Made by a program: the position numbers and the translations under genes. A stretch of 64,000 bases of DNA from Candidatus Hydrogenedentota bacterium (GTDB taxonomy: Bacteria; Hydrogenedentota; Hydrogenedentia; Hydrogenedentales; SLHB01): positions 8,900 through 72,899 of the forward strand of contig DAIPKA010000033.1 of assembly GCA_036769985.1 (NCBI GenBank), given 5' to 3'. Under the pieces are notes generated by a model. It made no database searches. It had not been told where the DNA came from and worked only from the letters and a program-made list of their open reading frames with translations. How positions within the stretch are numbered: position 1 is the first letter of the stretch; each line of letters starts with the position of its first letter. Below are positions 28,672-39,698 of this stretch, one piece after another.

Positions 28672-29456
28672 TCACTGATGACTGAATCTCGGTTCCCGTT
28701 TCTCGAGGAACGCGGTGATTCCCTCGAGGGCATCCGGGCTCTTCGACACCGCAAGGAAGGCGTCACCTTCAACGGCCACGCCTTGCGACGTATCGTAGGC
28801 GCGCGCACTCAACGCGCTCAACGTGGCCCGGACGGCACTCGCCGGGAGCTTTGCCAGATCGGCCGCCAACGCCTTGGCCGTATCCATCAACTGCTCGGCC
28901 GGGACCACTGTGCTCACGAAACCCATCTCGAGCGCTTCCGGCGCCGTAAACGTCCGGCCCGTCAACAGCAGGTCGGTGGCGCGGGCCTGCCCGATAAGGC
29001 GAGGCAGCCGAAACGTGCCGCCCCAGCCCGGAATGATGCCCAGCTTGATCTCAGGCTGTCCGAAGACGGCGGAATCCGCGGCGATACGAAGGTCGCAGGC
29101 GAGCGTCAGTTCGCAACCGCCGCCCAGGGCCATACCGTTGACCACCGCGACCACCGGCTTCGTGCACGCCTCGACGGCGTTCATGGTCTTCACGCCTTCC
29201 GAGAGCAGCCCGCCTTCGACGAAGGGGTCCGCCAACATAGACTGGATGGTGGGCACGTCTGCGCCGGCGCTGAAGAACCGACCACTGCCCGTGATCAGCA
29301 CGCACCGAACCGACGCGTCCTGTTCGAGCTCCTCGAGGGCCGCCCGGATATCCAGAACCAAACCCAACGATAAGGCGTTTGCCTTGGGACGATTCAACGT
29401 GATGACTCCGTACGCCTCACCCTTGTTCACCAACACATTATCATAGCTCATGTCCA
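28672..29456 (-). CDS. Enoyl-CoA hydratase/isomerase (crotonase family)
   Basis: Crotonase fold motifs (ITLNRPKANAL, ITGSGRFFSAGADV). GAGGGAGG RBS before the MDMSYD start. Confidence 0.8.
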
Positions 29457-29666
29457 TTCCTCCCTCAATTCCCGGATATCCGGACTCCTTTCCCTTGAGT
29501 GCTCCCCAGGATGCGTGCCGACACAAGCCCTGACGAACAGGCCCCATCGTCTTGTCTGCCTGCCGCAACCCTCGACTACATGGTACCGACCCCGTTCGGG
29601 CCAGTCAACTGACCGCGGGTAGCGGGCCGTCGGGGGCCGATCACACCGGCTGGAGGCTACGCCCGC

Positions 29667-30917
29667 CTAGACCAGGCGGTGAATGACCGCACCCGAGGGA
29701 AGCTTGGGGAAGAAGTACGTGGCCTTCTGCGGCATCGTGTCTCCGGCTTCGGCACACGCCGCCACGTCCTCCGGCTGCGAGGGCTTGAGCAAGAACGCCA
29801 TGTCGAACCGGCCTTCGCGAACGGCGCGGATGGCCTCGGCGGCGTTGCATTCATACTCGAAGGGCGTATCGGCCCCCAACCCTAGGATGCGCTCGAGGAT
29901 GCCCCGATGGAGTACGGCCACGTCCAGATTGCGCCAAGCCGGCCCGTGATCGTTACCCAAGAGCGCGACGCGGTCGATAGGACGCAACCGGAGCAGATAC
30001 TGGCCAATGCCGTCGAGAATCAGCCCGATGGCGCAGCCGCTCTCCGCCCGGACGCGCCCCGGGAGGTCATCCACGTAATGCACCTCGAACCAGGGCTCGA
30101 GATCGGCCAGGAACCGGCGTTCGTCGAGGCGATGTCCGAGCGAGACCATTCGGTGCGGCGGATAGATGCGCAAGCCCGGATCCTGGAACGCCACGAATCC
30201 CATCAACACGTAGTCGTAGGGCCGAAGACCGTCAGGCCGCTCGATCGCGCGCTGTTCGTCCCGGTAGAGCATCGCGGTGCGGAATCGGTGATGCCCGTCG
30301 GCAATATACAGCTTCTTGTCGGCAAAGAATCGGGTGATGGTCGGTTCGTCGGGCGTGATCCACACCCGATGGATCACGCCGTCGTGCGTCCGGGCCTCGA
30401 AGGATGGCGAGGATGCGTTTGTTCCTTCCAGAAAACTGGACAGGGCGCCCGCCGAGTCGTCGTACAGCACGAAGACCGGGCCGAGGTTCGCCCGGGTCGC
30501 CCGCGTGAGGCGCAGCCGGTCATCGACCCGCACGTCGAAGGTGCGTTCATGTCCCAACACGAAGGATTGACCGGGCTCGGGAAGGCGCGTTACCGCGAAG
30601 AAACCCCGGCGTCGCTGAACGTAGCCTTCCCCATCGGCAAACTCCTGCTCGAGCAAGTAGAAGCACGGCGTGTCTTCCTGCTGGAGAACGCCGCGGGCAA
30701 TCCACTCCTCGATTCGCCGTCCTGCCGCGTCGGCCGGCATCTCCTCCGCGTCCGGCTGAGGCAGGATCAGATGCACCATGTTGTAGGGATTGCGCTGGGC
30801 CAAGGCCGCGCGGTGCTCCGGGCCGATGACGTCCCACGGGGGGGTGATTACGTCGTCCAACAACCCCGCGAGGGAGGGGTCGAAACGATGCGCTCGGAAT
30901 GGTCTCACTTCAAGCAT
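29667..30917 (-). CDS. DUF1015 family protein
   Basis: Conserved DUF1015 core (YIADGHHRF). About 417 aa. Start taken at MLEVRPF. Confidence 0.65.
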   Translation of the reverse strand: MLEVRPFRAHRFDPSLAGLLDDVITPPWDVIGPEHRAALAQRNPYNMVHLILPQPDAEEMPADAAGRRIEEWIARGVLQQEDTPCFYLLEQEFADGEGYVQRRRGFFAVTRLPEPGQSFVLGHERTFDVRVDDRLRLTRATRANLGPVFVLYDDSAGALSSFLEGTNASSPSFEARTHDGVIHRVWITPDEPTITRFFADKKLYIADGHHRFRTAMLYRDEQRAIERPDGLRPYDYVLMGFVAFQDPGLRIYPPHRMVSLGHRLDERRFLADLEPWFEVHYVDDLPGRVRAESGCAIGLILDGIGQYLLRLRPIDRVALLGNDHGPAWRNLDVAVLHRGILERILGLGADTPFEYECNAAEAIRAVREGRFDMAFLLKPSQPEDVAACAEAGDTMPQKATYFFPKLPSGAVIHRLV

Positions 30918-31286
30918 GGTATGGTGTCGGTTCGTTCCGCGAATTGAACAGGGCGAGGTTGCGTCACTGAGCAGGAGGATCATACCGTCCGGAACTCAGA
31001 GGATCAAGTTCATGGAGACCGTTTCATGGCCCTGAACGTTGGGCGAAACAAGAAAGTCCTGTTGTTAATAGAATTCATAGATTTCGATACAATGTGGCCG
31101 GTTTTTTCTTGACTTGTGCGCGGGCACTGGTGTACAAAAGGATTGGCTATACATAGTGTCTGGAAAGCCTGTTGCGAACGGGTGGCGTGTGTCTTGACTT
31201 GGGAGAAGGACGGAATGGTTGTTCTCGGCAGGGTCCACGCCGCACGATCCCGACTGGCCGGGCGGTGCTTCTTCAGGAGAGGGTGA

Positions 31287-34200
31287 ATGCGAGCACAAGT
31301 TATTCTGCCCTGGGTCGTTCTGTGCCTCTGTCTGCTTCCTCTGGCATCGTTCGGTGCGCCGGAGGCGGATCACGAGGATCTGAACAAGGTCTTGAAGACG
31401 CTCCATGCGCCCGCCGCCCAGGAGGCGCCGCGTCTACTCACCACCGACGAAGGATTCCTGCGCTATCTCGGCGCCCCACCCGGCGGGGAGTTCGATGTCC
31501 CCCGCGAACCGGGCAAGGCACTTGATCCCGTACAGCGTTCGAATCAGTTTCTGGTGGACCACGGTCGGGCGTTCGGCATCCTGAGTGCATGCGTCGACTT
31601 TCGACTTGATCGCGTCACCGCCGGTACCAGCCAATCGTATGTGCGACTGCAGCAGACCTATGACGGCGTCGACGTATTCGCCGGGCAGGTCGTGGTGCAG
31701 GTCGATGGCTCGGGGGGCATCAACAGCGTGCTGAGCGATATCCTCCGCGACACCGAGGCGTTCGACGACGGCGCGATCGATACCCTTCCCGAGGTCAGCG
31801 CGAAGGACGCGCGCACCTTGGCCGGAAAGGCCGTGGCCAACGAATCGCCCAGCCACGGGATCGGCGATCTCAAGGTCATCGCCGGCCCAACGCTCGTGAT
31901 CTACAGTCCGGCCGTCCTGGGCCTGGACGGCGACGCGGCCCTCGCGTGGTACGTCACGGTGGCCAGCCTCTACGACGCACAACTGTGCAAGGACGTTTTT
32001 GTGGACGCCCATAGCGGCGAAGTGCTCCTCCAATTCAACACCATTCCCGAGGCCCGGTATCGCGAGGTCTACGATGCCGCGAATATGTACGACACGGCAG
32101 GTGATCTGGCACGCAAGGAGGGTGATCCGCCGTCCGCCGTCGTCGATGTGAACGATGCCTACAACCACCTCGGTGACACGTACGATTTCTACTATGAGCA
32201 ACATGCGCGTGATAGCATCGACGGCCTAGGCATGACGCTGACCGCTATCGTGCGGGTATGCAGTATCTACTATGGATGCCCGATGCAGAACGCGTTCTGG
32301 GATCCGCAGGCCAAGCTGATGGCTTTTGGCGAGGGTTTCGCCTCCGCCGATGACGTGGTGGGCCACGAGTTGACCCACGGCGTGACGCGCAACGAGTCCA
32401 ATCTCATCTACATGGGCGAATCGGGCGCCATCAACGAGACCTTTTCAGACGTCTGGGGCGAGTTTGTCGATCTCACCAACGGCCGAGGCAACGACACGGA
32501 AGAAGTCCGGTGGCTCGTGGGCGAAGACCTTCCCGAGAGCATCGGCGTCATACGCAACATGGCGGATCCGCCGGAGTATGGCCTTCCGGATCGAATGGGG
32601 AGTCCGTACTGGAGACCTACAGACTGGATTTGGGACGACCAGGGCGGCGTGCATACCAACTGCGGCGTGGGCAGCAAGCTGTGTTATCTCTTGACCGATG
32701 GCGACGATTTCAACGGCTACCGCATTGATCCGCTGGCCGAGGAGTCGGATGCGAGCATTGCCCGCGTGGCCGATCTGTTTTACGAACTCCAGACGAAACT
32801 GCTCACGCCGGCCTCCGACTACAACGACATGTACATGCAATTGGCTCAGGCGACTATCAACCAGGGGTACACCTTCGATGAACGCCTGAACGTCCGCGCC
32901 GCGGGCCTGGCGGTGGAGATCGCCCCGTTGGGGTCGGGCCGCGAGTTGGACCGGTTCCGCGTCATGCCCGCCTACGACCGCGCGGCCAATCCCGTGGTCG
33001 TGCTCACCTGGGGGAATCCGAAGACGACGGACTTCATCGGCGTGACCGTAGTCCGGAATCTCTACCGGTTCCCGCTGGACCAGGGTGACGGAGTCGTTGT
33101 CTACTCGGGCAAAGCGGAGAAGGCGCTGGATCGAGACGTGGTCAAGAACACGGAGTATTACTACGCGATCTTCGCGGACTTCAAAAAGGACTTCCCGCAG
33201 GTGCTCTATGGCCGTGCGACGGCGGGCACCGAACCGCCGAACATGCTGAGCGAGGCCTTCGACATGAATCTGGCCGGCGAGGTGGGCTTGAAGATCGACC
33301 TGGACGAGTTCATCGATCTGCAGTTCCAGCAGTTGCTGTTTACGCCCGTCGGCCCGCCGGAATCTGCCCTGGGTGGTGACGAGGGATACGCCGACTATTT
33401 CAACTACGAGGCGACGAACACGCCCGGTGTTGTTGAGCTTCCCGTGCCTCGGCACGACAGTCAAGGAACGGCGTATGGGATTCCGTTGAACGACGACAGC
33501 TTCATCGCGTTTAGGTTGGACGACCCATTCCCGTTCTTCGGCAAGGAGTACTATACGTTGTATCTTGCGGCGAATGGGTACATCGCTCTCGAGCCTCCCA
33601 GCTACGACGAGAACTTCCCGTCGCTGGCGGCGCATTTCGCCTCGCCTCGGATCTCGTTCCTGTTCGGCGACCTCTCGCCCCAAAGCGGCGGGGAGGTTTG
33701 GGTGCGCGACTTGCCGGACCGCGTCGTGGTCACCTTCGACGGCATCCTCGAGTACAACGAGTCGATGTTCCTGCCCCCGGCCTCGTGGCGGAGCACGGTT
33801 CAAACGGAGTTGTTCTACAACGGCCAGATTCGGATCACCTATCTCCAGGTCTACAATGTGGGGAGCATCGTGTGCGGTATCTCCGATGGCCGCGGCGTTC
33901 CCATCGACCCGAGCGAGCTATTCCCGGATCTCGTCGAGGTGGATTACACGACGGACCTCTCCGACTTGCCGAACGACCGCACGCTCCTCAGCATCGATCC
34001 CGTCGCGCCGCAGTGGGTTTTGGCCGGCCAACCCGTGAGTTTTGCCGTGACAACGCACTCGCCGGCCGGCGTGCCACGCCTCCTCGCTCAGTGGGACGGC
34101 CCCTTGGCTGTTCCGCCGTTCGCGGATAAGGGGGATGGCACCGGCGTATTCTACTGGAGGACGGTGCTCGGCCAAGAAGGGATCTACACGTTGCGCGTGA

Positions 34201-35039
34201 CCGCGGCCCTGGGCGAGGAAGGCGCATATCAGGACGTCCGGATCCATGTCGGCGATCCGTCGCCCAAACCCGAGGCGCGGGACCTGCGCCTGCGATCGGC
34301 CAACCCCACCGAGGATCCCACGGAGGATCGGCCGGTCGACGGCCAGTCGCCCCTTATGGCCGAATATACCTACTACCACCCGCTGGCCGATAAGGATCCC
34401 GACCTCTATGGCGAGAGCATCCCGCTTCTTTACTGGGTGAGGAACGGCGGAGCGGTGGCGGCGCTCGATAACGCGTGGCAGGTGCCGCCGAAGTTCACGA
34501 GGGCGGGCGACAAGTGGTTCTTCGTTGTGACGCCGATGACCAAGCAGGGCGTCCGGGGCGAGCCGGCACGTTCGTGCACCGTCACGGTGGTATCCATGCC
34601 GACGATCACCAGCGCCACGCCGGCCACCGGACCCAGCACGGGCGCGACGACGGTTCTACTCACGGGCACCCGGCTGAGCAATCCGAAGAAAGTCACCTTC
34701 GGTTCAATCCCCGTGCAGAACATCCGATGCCTGGGTGATACGCAACTCGAGGTGGTTAGCCCCGCGCATGCGCCCGGCGTGGTGGATATTCTCGTCACCA
34801 CCGCCGAGGGCACCGGCTATCTGCTCGGCGGTTACGCGTTCGTCGATCTCGGGGCGACCATCGTCAAGGCCGACGTCAATCGCGACGGGCGGACGGACGC
34901 GCTCGACGTGCAACTGGTTGTTAACGTGGTGCTGGATCGCGTCGGCGCCAAGGCCGGCGTCGATGCCGACGCCAACCGTGACGGTGCCGTGAACGCGGGC
35001 GACATCCAGGCCGTTGTGAACGTGGTCCTGAGCAAGTGA
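31287..35039 (+). CDS. Secreted M4 (thermolysin-like) zinc metalloprotease with beta-rich middle domains, an IPT/TIG domain and a C-terminal dockerin type-I module
   Basis: Signal peptide. VVGHELTHGV (HExxH) plus GESGAINETFSD closely match thermolysin VVAHELTHAV / NESGAINEAISD. IPT-like segment at aa about 1090-1170. C-terminal dockerin repeats DVNRDGRTDALDVQLVVNVVL and DANRDGAVNAGDIQAVVNVVL. Confidence 0.8.
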   Translation: MRAQVILPWVVLCLCLLPLASFGAPEADHEDLNKVLKTLHAPAAQEAPRLLTTDEGFLRYLGAPPGGEFDVPREPGKALDPVQRSNQFLVDHGRAFGILSACVDFRLDRVTAGTSQSYVRLQQTYDGVDVFAGQVVVQVDGSGGINSVLSDILRDTEAFDDGAIDTLPEVSAKDARTLAGKAVANESPSHGIGDLKVIAGPTLVIYSPAVLGLDGDAALAWYVTVASLYDAQLCKDVFVDAHSGEVLLQFNTIPEARYREVYDAANMYDTAGDLARKEGDPPSAVVDVNDAYNHLGDTYDFYYEQHARDSIDGLGMTLTAIVRVCSIYYGCPMQNAFWDPQAKLMAFGEGFASADDVVGHELTHGVTRNESNLIYMGESGAINETFSDVWGEFVDLTNGRGNDTEEVRWLVGEDLPESIGVIRNMADPPEYGLPDRMGSPYWRPTDWIWDDQGGVHTNCGVGSKLCYLLTDGDDFNGYRIDPLAEESDASIARVADLFYELQTKLLTPASDYNDMYMQLAQATINQGYTFDERLNVRAAGLAVEIAPLGSGRELDRFRVMPAYDRAANPVVVLTWGNPKTTDFIGVTVVRNLYRFPLDQGDGVVVYSGKAEKALDRDVVKNTEYYYAIFADFKKDFPQVLYGRATAGTEPPNMLSEAFDMNLAGEVGLKIDLDEFIDLQFQQLLFTPVGPPESALGGDEGYADYFNYEATNTPGVVELPVPRHDSQGTAYGIPLNDDSFIAFRLDDPFPFFGKEYYTLYLAANGYIALEPPSYDENFPSLAAHFASPRISFLFGDLSPQSGGEVWVRDLPDRVVVTFDGILEYNESMFLPPASWRSTVQTELFYNGQIRITYLQVYNVGSIVCGISDGRGVPIDPSELFPDLVEVDYTTDLSDLPNDRTLLSIDPVAPQWVLAGQPVSFAVTTHSPAGVPRLLAQWDGPLAVPPFADKGDGTGVFYWRTVLGQEGIYTLRVTAALGEEGAYQDVRIHVGDPSPKPEARDLRLRSANPTEDPTEDRPVDGQSPLMAEYTYYHPLADKDPDLYGESIPLLYWVRNGGAVAALDNAWQVPPKFTRAGDKWFFVVTPMTKQGVRGEPARSCTVTVVSMPTITSATPATGPSTGATTVLLTGTRLSNPKKVTFGSIPVQNIRCLGDTQLEVVSPAHAPGVVDILVTTAEGTGYLLGGYAFVDLGATIVKADVNRDGRTDALDVQLVVNVVLDRVGAKAGVDADANRDGAVNAGDIQAVVNVVLSK

Positions 35040-35119
35040 TTTCACCGGAGTGAACGCACGCCGCTGCGCTCTTGTGCGTGGCGGCGTTGTTATTGTCGGC
35101 CGGCCAAGGGTATCCAACC

Positions 35120-36220
35120 ATGTGCGGCACAGTCGTACTCATAGGCGCGGTTTCCCTATTGCTCGGGGGAACCAGCGGACAGATCGCCTACGTCTCCGGT
35201 ACCGAGCAGGAAGACCACTGCGTGTGCATCCTCGACCTCGCCAACGGTGCCGTCCGCCGTATCGGCATCGGCAAGTGCGACGGCGCACCGTCATGGTCGC
35301 CCGACGGCGAATGGCTGGCCTTCACGACGGGATCCGCCGAGGGTCTGGCCGTGGCCGTCGTGCGGGCGGATGGCAGCGGCCTTCGAATTGTCTCGCAACG
35401 GCACGGCTGGAACCTCTGGCCGCGGTGGTCGCCCGACGGCAAACGGCTGGCCTATGCCGCTGCAGAGTGGGATGCCTTCGAGACGCGCATCATCGTGTGC
35501 GATCTCGAAACCGGGGTCGAGTCGGAATGGGGCGAGGGGAAGACGGGCCTGATGCGCCCGGTGTGGCTGAACGGCGTCAAGCTGCTCTACAGTCTCAAAC
35601 AGCGCGAGGAGGCGCTGTACGGCGCGTCGGCGATGAACGACGTCTTTCGCGAACTCGAGCAGCTCAATGCGGTGGTTGCTGTCGGCACGGTCGGCGCGCC
35701 CGGCGCCTTCTCGACCGATCTGTTCATTGTCACGGCGCGCGCGACTATTCCCCTGGTGCCGAGAGATCTCAACACGGGGTCTTACTTCGAGTGGATCGTC
35801 GAGCTCAGCGATCGGGGCAGTATGATTGCGGTCGAGTCCAACGACGGCGGCGATCGCGAGATCTTCGTTTACTCGAAGCGAGGGATGGCCGACGTCACCA
35901 ACCATCGCGAGGCCGATTGGAATCCGGTGTGGTCGCCGGACGGCCAGTGGCTCGCGTTCGAGTCCTTCCGGAGCGGCCGCCGAGGCGTGTACCGCGTCTA
36001 TCCGGAAACCACCCGCGTCTTTCCCGTCGCCGTCGCCGCCGATCACGACAACTGGGCGCCAACGTGGTCGCCCGATGGGCAATGGATTGCCTTCGTGTCT
36101 GACCGGACGGGCGATCCCGAAATCTACTTCACGGATGCCTCCGGCAACGAGTGCCACCGCGTGACAGACCATTGCGGCGGAGACTACGCGCCCGCGTGGC
36201 GGCCGGAGGTCGATGAATGA
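35120..36220 (+). CDS. TolB-like PD40 beta-propeller repeat protein
   Basis: Repeated WSPDG(x)WLAF / SPDGKRLAY PD40 motifs. N-terminal signal/anchor. Confidence 0.7.
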   Translation: MCGTVVLIGAVSLLLGGTSGQIAYVSGTEQEDHCVCILDLANGAVRRIGIGKCDGAPSWSPDGEWLAFTTGSAEGLAVAVVRADGSGLRIVSQRHGWNLWPRWSPDGKRLAYAAAEWDAFETRIIVCDLETGVESEWGEGKTGLMRPVWLNGVKLLYSLKQREEALYGASAMNDVFRELEQLNAVVAVGTVGAPGAFSTDLFIVTARATIPLVPRDLNTGSYFEWIVELSDRGSMIAVESNDGGDREIFVYSKRGMADVTNHREADWNPVWSPDGQWLAFESFRSGRRGVYRVYPETTRVFPVAVAADHDNWAPTWSPDGQWIAFVSDRTGDPEIYFTDASGNECHRVTDHCGGDYAPAWRPEVDE

Positions 36221-37239
36221 GACGCAGCGCGCTATGCATCCTGTGCGGGCTGATGGCGGCCTCGGCCGCGGCGCGCCAACCCGACGGTACGCTCGGTGCC
36301 GTGATCACGCCGAACAACGGCGTGCCGGCGGTCCAATGCGCCGGGGGCCTCTTCGAGGTGGTCATTGCCGACCATTCGAACCTCTCGATCCATATCGCGT
36401 CCGCCGACGGGACGCGACACGCCGTCGAGATCGCCGGGCGGTCCGAGTCGGCCCACGGCCGGACGCGTCTCGAGTGTCGTATCCCGCCCGACGTGACGCC
36501 CGGAACCTACGCCGTTGAAGCCCGCGACGACGCGCGTACCGTCGATCGGACAGCGCGCGCCGTCCACGTGCTCGACGCGTTCCCCGAGCAGTACATCGTC
36601 GCGCATATCTCCGACACCCACATCGGGAAGGAGCAGACCGACCGTCCACCGGCCGACGTGTTCCGGGACGTGCTCGCATCCATCAATGAGTCCGAGCCGG
36701 CCTTCGTACTCGTCACCGGCGATCTCACCGAGGGCGGCGCCATCGAGCAGTTCCAGCGCTTCCTCGATGTGTTGGACACGTGCCAGCGGCCCACCTTCGT
36801 ATGCCCCGGAAACCATGATCGCCTCGCCCAACACTACGAGCATTTCTTCGGCCCCCTGACGTACACCTTCCGGTTCGGCCAGGATGGGTACCTCGCCTTC
36901 GACACCAAGGACTACTGCCCCGCCGACGAGCTTGGGCGCCAAGACGCCGATCTCGAGATCGCGCGCCGCGCCATCAAGCGCGCCCGGTGGTCCATCGGTT
37001 TCACGCATCGCTACGAACCCGGCATGGGGATGCGTAGCCAGATTACCCTCTTCGTCGACAATCCGCTCGACTACCTCTTGTTCGGCCACTGGCATCGCGC
37101 CAACACCGAAGACGAGAAGACTGTGCCGTGGGGATTCACTCGGATCTCGGTGGTGCCGGCCGCGTTTAACGGTCACCTCCAACTCATCGATGTCGCCCCC
37201 GCAGGAATCCGGCCCCGCCCTCCGGAGAAGGTGGACTGA
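36217..37239 (+). CDS. Secreted metallophosphoesterase (calcineurin-like); ATGA-coupled to the upstream PD40 gene
   Basis: Signal peptide. Motifs HISDTHIG, GDLTE and GNHD are present. There is a 4-nt overlap with the upstream gene. Confidence 0.75.
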   Translation: MRRSALCILCGLMAASAAARQPDGTLGAVITPNNGVPAVQCAGGLFEVVIADHSNLSIHIASADGTRHAVEIAGRSESAHGRTRLECRIPPDVTPGTYAVEARDDARTVDRTARAVHVLDAFPEQYIVAHISDTHIGKEQTDRPPADVFRDVLASINESEPAFVLVTGDLTEGGAIEQFQRFLDVLDTCQRPTFVCPGNHDRLAQHYEHFFGPLTYTFRFGQDGYLAFDTKDYCPADELGRQDADLEIARRAIKRARWSIGFTHRYEPGMGMRSQITLFVDNPLDYLLFGHWHRANTEDEKTVPWGFTRISVVPAAFNGHLQLIDVAPAGIRPRPPEKVD

Positions 37240-37491
37240 CGCGCCCGGGCCTTGGAGACGGCTTCACGAGGTCGCCCGGATCCGGCGTGCTCACGCTCTG
37301 AGCCAAGCCATGGGCAAGATGCCCGTGCCACGTCACAGGAAGCCTACCTCGGCTACCGGAGGCGGTTGCCGGAATCCGGTAGCCTGAGGTCGGAAACGGG
37401 AGTCTGCCTTGTTGGGCGGAAAACGGGCGCGGACCGTGACCCAGTCTTCTGGGACGACGGTGTGCGCCTGTCTTCCTCGATCGTGCTGTGC

Positions 37492-38892
37492 TCATGCCTC
37501 TTGTGCGGCGACGATGTATTCGGGGGCGGTAGCGTCTTCAGGATAGGCCTCGATGCCCATCTCGCTCTTGTCGAGGCCGATGAACTCTTCTTCGGGCGTA
37601 ACGCGCATGCCGACCAGGGCTCTCGTCAGTCCCCAGAGGATGAAGGACGCCGCGACGGTGAACGCGGCGACGGCCAGCACGCCGATAGTCTGGACGATCA
37701 ACTGGTTGACGCCGTGGCCGTAGAAGAGGCCCGCGTCGACGCTGAACAGACCGACGGCCAACGTGCCCCAGATGCCGTTGACGAGGTGCACAGAGAGCGC
37801 ACCGACGGGATCATCAAGGCGCAGTTTGTCGAAAGTGAGTACGGCCTCGATGACGAGCACGCCGGCCACGAGACCGATCGCCACGGAACCGAAGATGCTG
37901 ACTGCGTTGCAGGGCGCCGTGATGGCCACCAATCCGGCAAGGCAGCCGTTGATGATCATGCTCAGGTCGGGCGTGCCGATACGAATCCACGCATAGGCGG
38001 TAGCGGCAGCGACCCCGGCCGCGGCGGCCATCGCGGTCGTCACGGAGATGTGGGCTATGGCCGCGCCGTCCGCCGCCATGGTGCTGCCCGGATTGAATCC
38101 GAACCAGCCGAGCCACAGGACGAGCCCGCCCAGGGTCGCCAAGGCGATGCTGTGGCCCGGAATGGCCCGAATGCTGCCGTCCTTTCCGTACTTGCCGAGC
38201 CGGGGGCCGAGAATGATGACGCCGACCAGGGCGGCCCAACCGCCAACGCTGTGGACGACCGTCGAGCCGGCGAAGTCGCCGAAGGCCGTGCCGCGAATAT
38301 CACTCAACCAACCGCCGCCCCAGATCCAGTGGCCCGTCACCGGATACATGACCGCCACCAGCAGTCCGGAGAACAGGATATATGCCTGAAACTTGATCCG
38401 TTCGGCGACGGCGCCCGAGACGATGGTGGCCGCGGTGCCCGCGAACACGAGCTGGAAGAAGAACTTCGCCTCGAGCGGGATACCCGTCCAGTTCAGGGCG
38501 CCGTACACGCCGGCATACGCGTCGCCCATGGCAGGGCTGTTGTCGGCCCCTGCCAGAAACAGGCCCTTCAGTCCGATGAGGCCCGAGCCGTCGCCGAACA
38601 TCAGGGCGAAACCCGACGCCCAGAAAGTCAGACAGGCGATGGCGAACACAATGAAATTCTTCGCGAGGATATTCACCGTGTTCTTCGATCTACAGAATCC
38701 GGATTCGACCAGGGCGAAACCGGCATTCATGAAGAACACCAGGAATCCGGCAATCATCACCCACATCGTGTCGACCATCACCTGGAGGTCGCCGCCGGAC
38801 GGCCCGTCTTCCTGGGCGGCCACGACGGGCGCCAGAATCGCCAACGCCATGATCGCCAAAAGGGCGATTCGAACTGCATTGTGCTTCAACAT
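37492..38892 (-). CDS. amtB: Ammonium transporter
   Basis: Amt family signatures are present. It has 11 TM helices and sits immediately downstream of glnK. Confidence 0.9.
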   Translation of the reverse strand: MLKHNAVRIALLAIMALAILAPVVAAQEDGPSGGDLQVMVDTMWVMIAGFLVFFMNAGFALVESGFCRSKNTVNILAKNFIVFAIACLTFWASGFALMFGDGSGLIGLKGLFLAGADNSPAMGDAYAGVYGALNWTGIPLEAKFFFQLVFAGTAATIVSGAVAERIKFQAYILFSGLLVAVMYPVTGHWIWGGGWLSDIRGTAFGDFAGSTVVHSVGGWAALVGVIILGPRLGKYGKDGSIRAIPGHSIALATLGGLVLWLGWFGFNPGSTMAADGAAIAHISVTTAMAAAAGVAAATAYAWIRIGTPDLSMIINGCLAGLVAITAPCNAVSIFGSVAIGLVAGVLVIEAVLTFDKLRLDDPVGALSVHLVNGIWGTLAVGLFSVDAGLFYGHGVNQLIVQTIGVLAVAAFTVAASFILWGLTRALVGMRVTPEEEFIGLDKSEMGIEAYPEDATAPEYIVAAQEA

Positions 38893-38947
38893 CGTGCTAT
38901 TCCTTCTTCTCGGGGGCGCCATGGGCGCCGATGCTTGTCCAGTCGCC

Positions 38948-39436
<489 letters not shown>

Positions 39437-39698
39437 TTACGCGTGCTGCGAAGAGGGAGCGCTCGAGTGCATGAATTATCGAGAAACGCCACGTGCGCGT
39501 ATGCCTCGGGATCCGAAACTACATTCGCGTAGGAATCCCGGAACCACCATTACGGTGGGGGATCGCGCGGCTGAGCTCACGCCGCATCAGGTGAGTATTG
39601 GTTCAGGTTCAGTTGTCTGAAGATTGTGCCAAGGCGAAGTTGAGGAAATGGTGATTTTCTGGCATCATCGTTGAACAGGACCGCAGAGGAGGAAAGCC

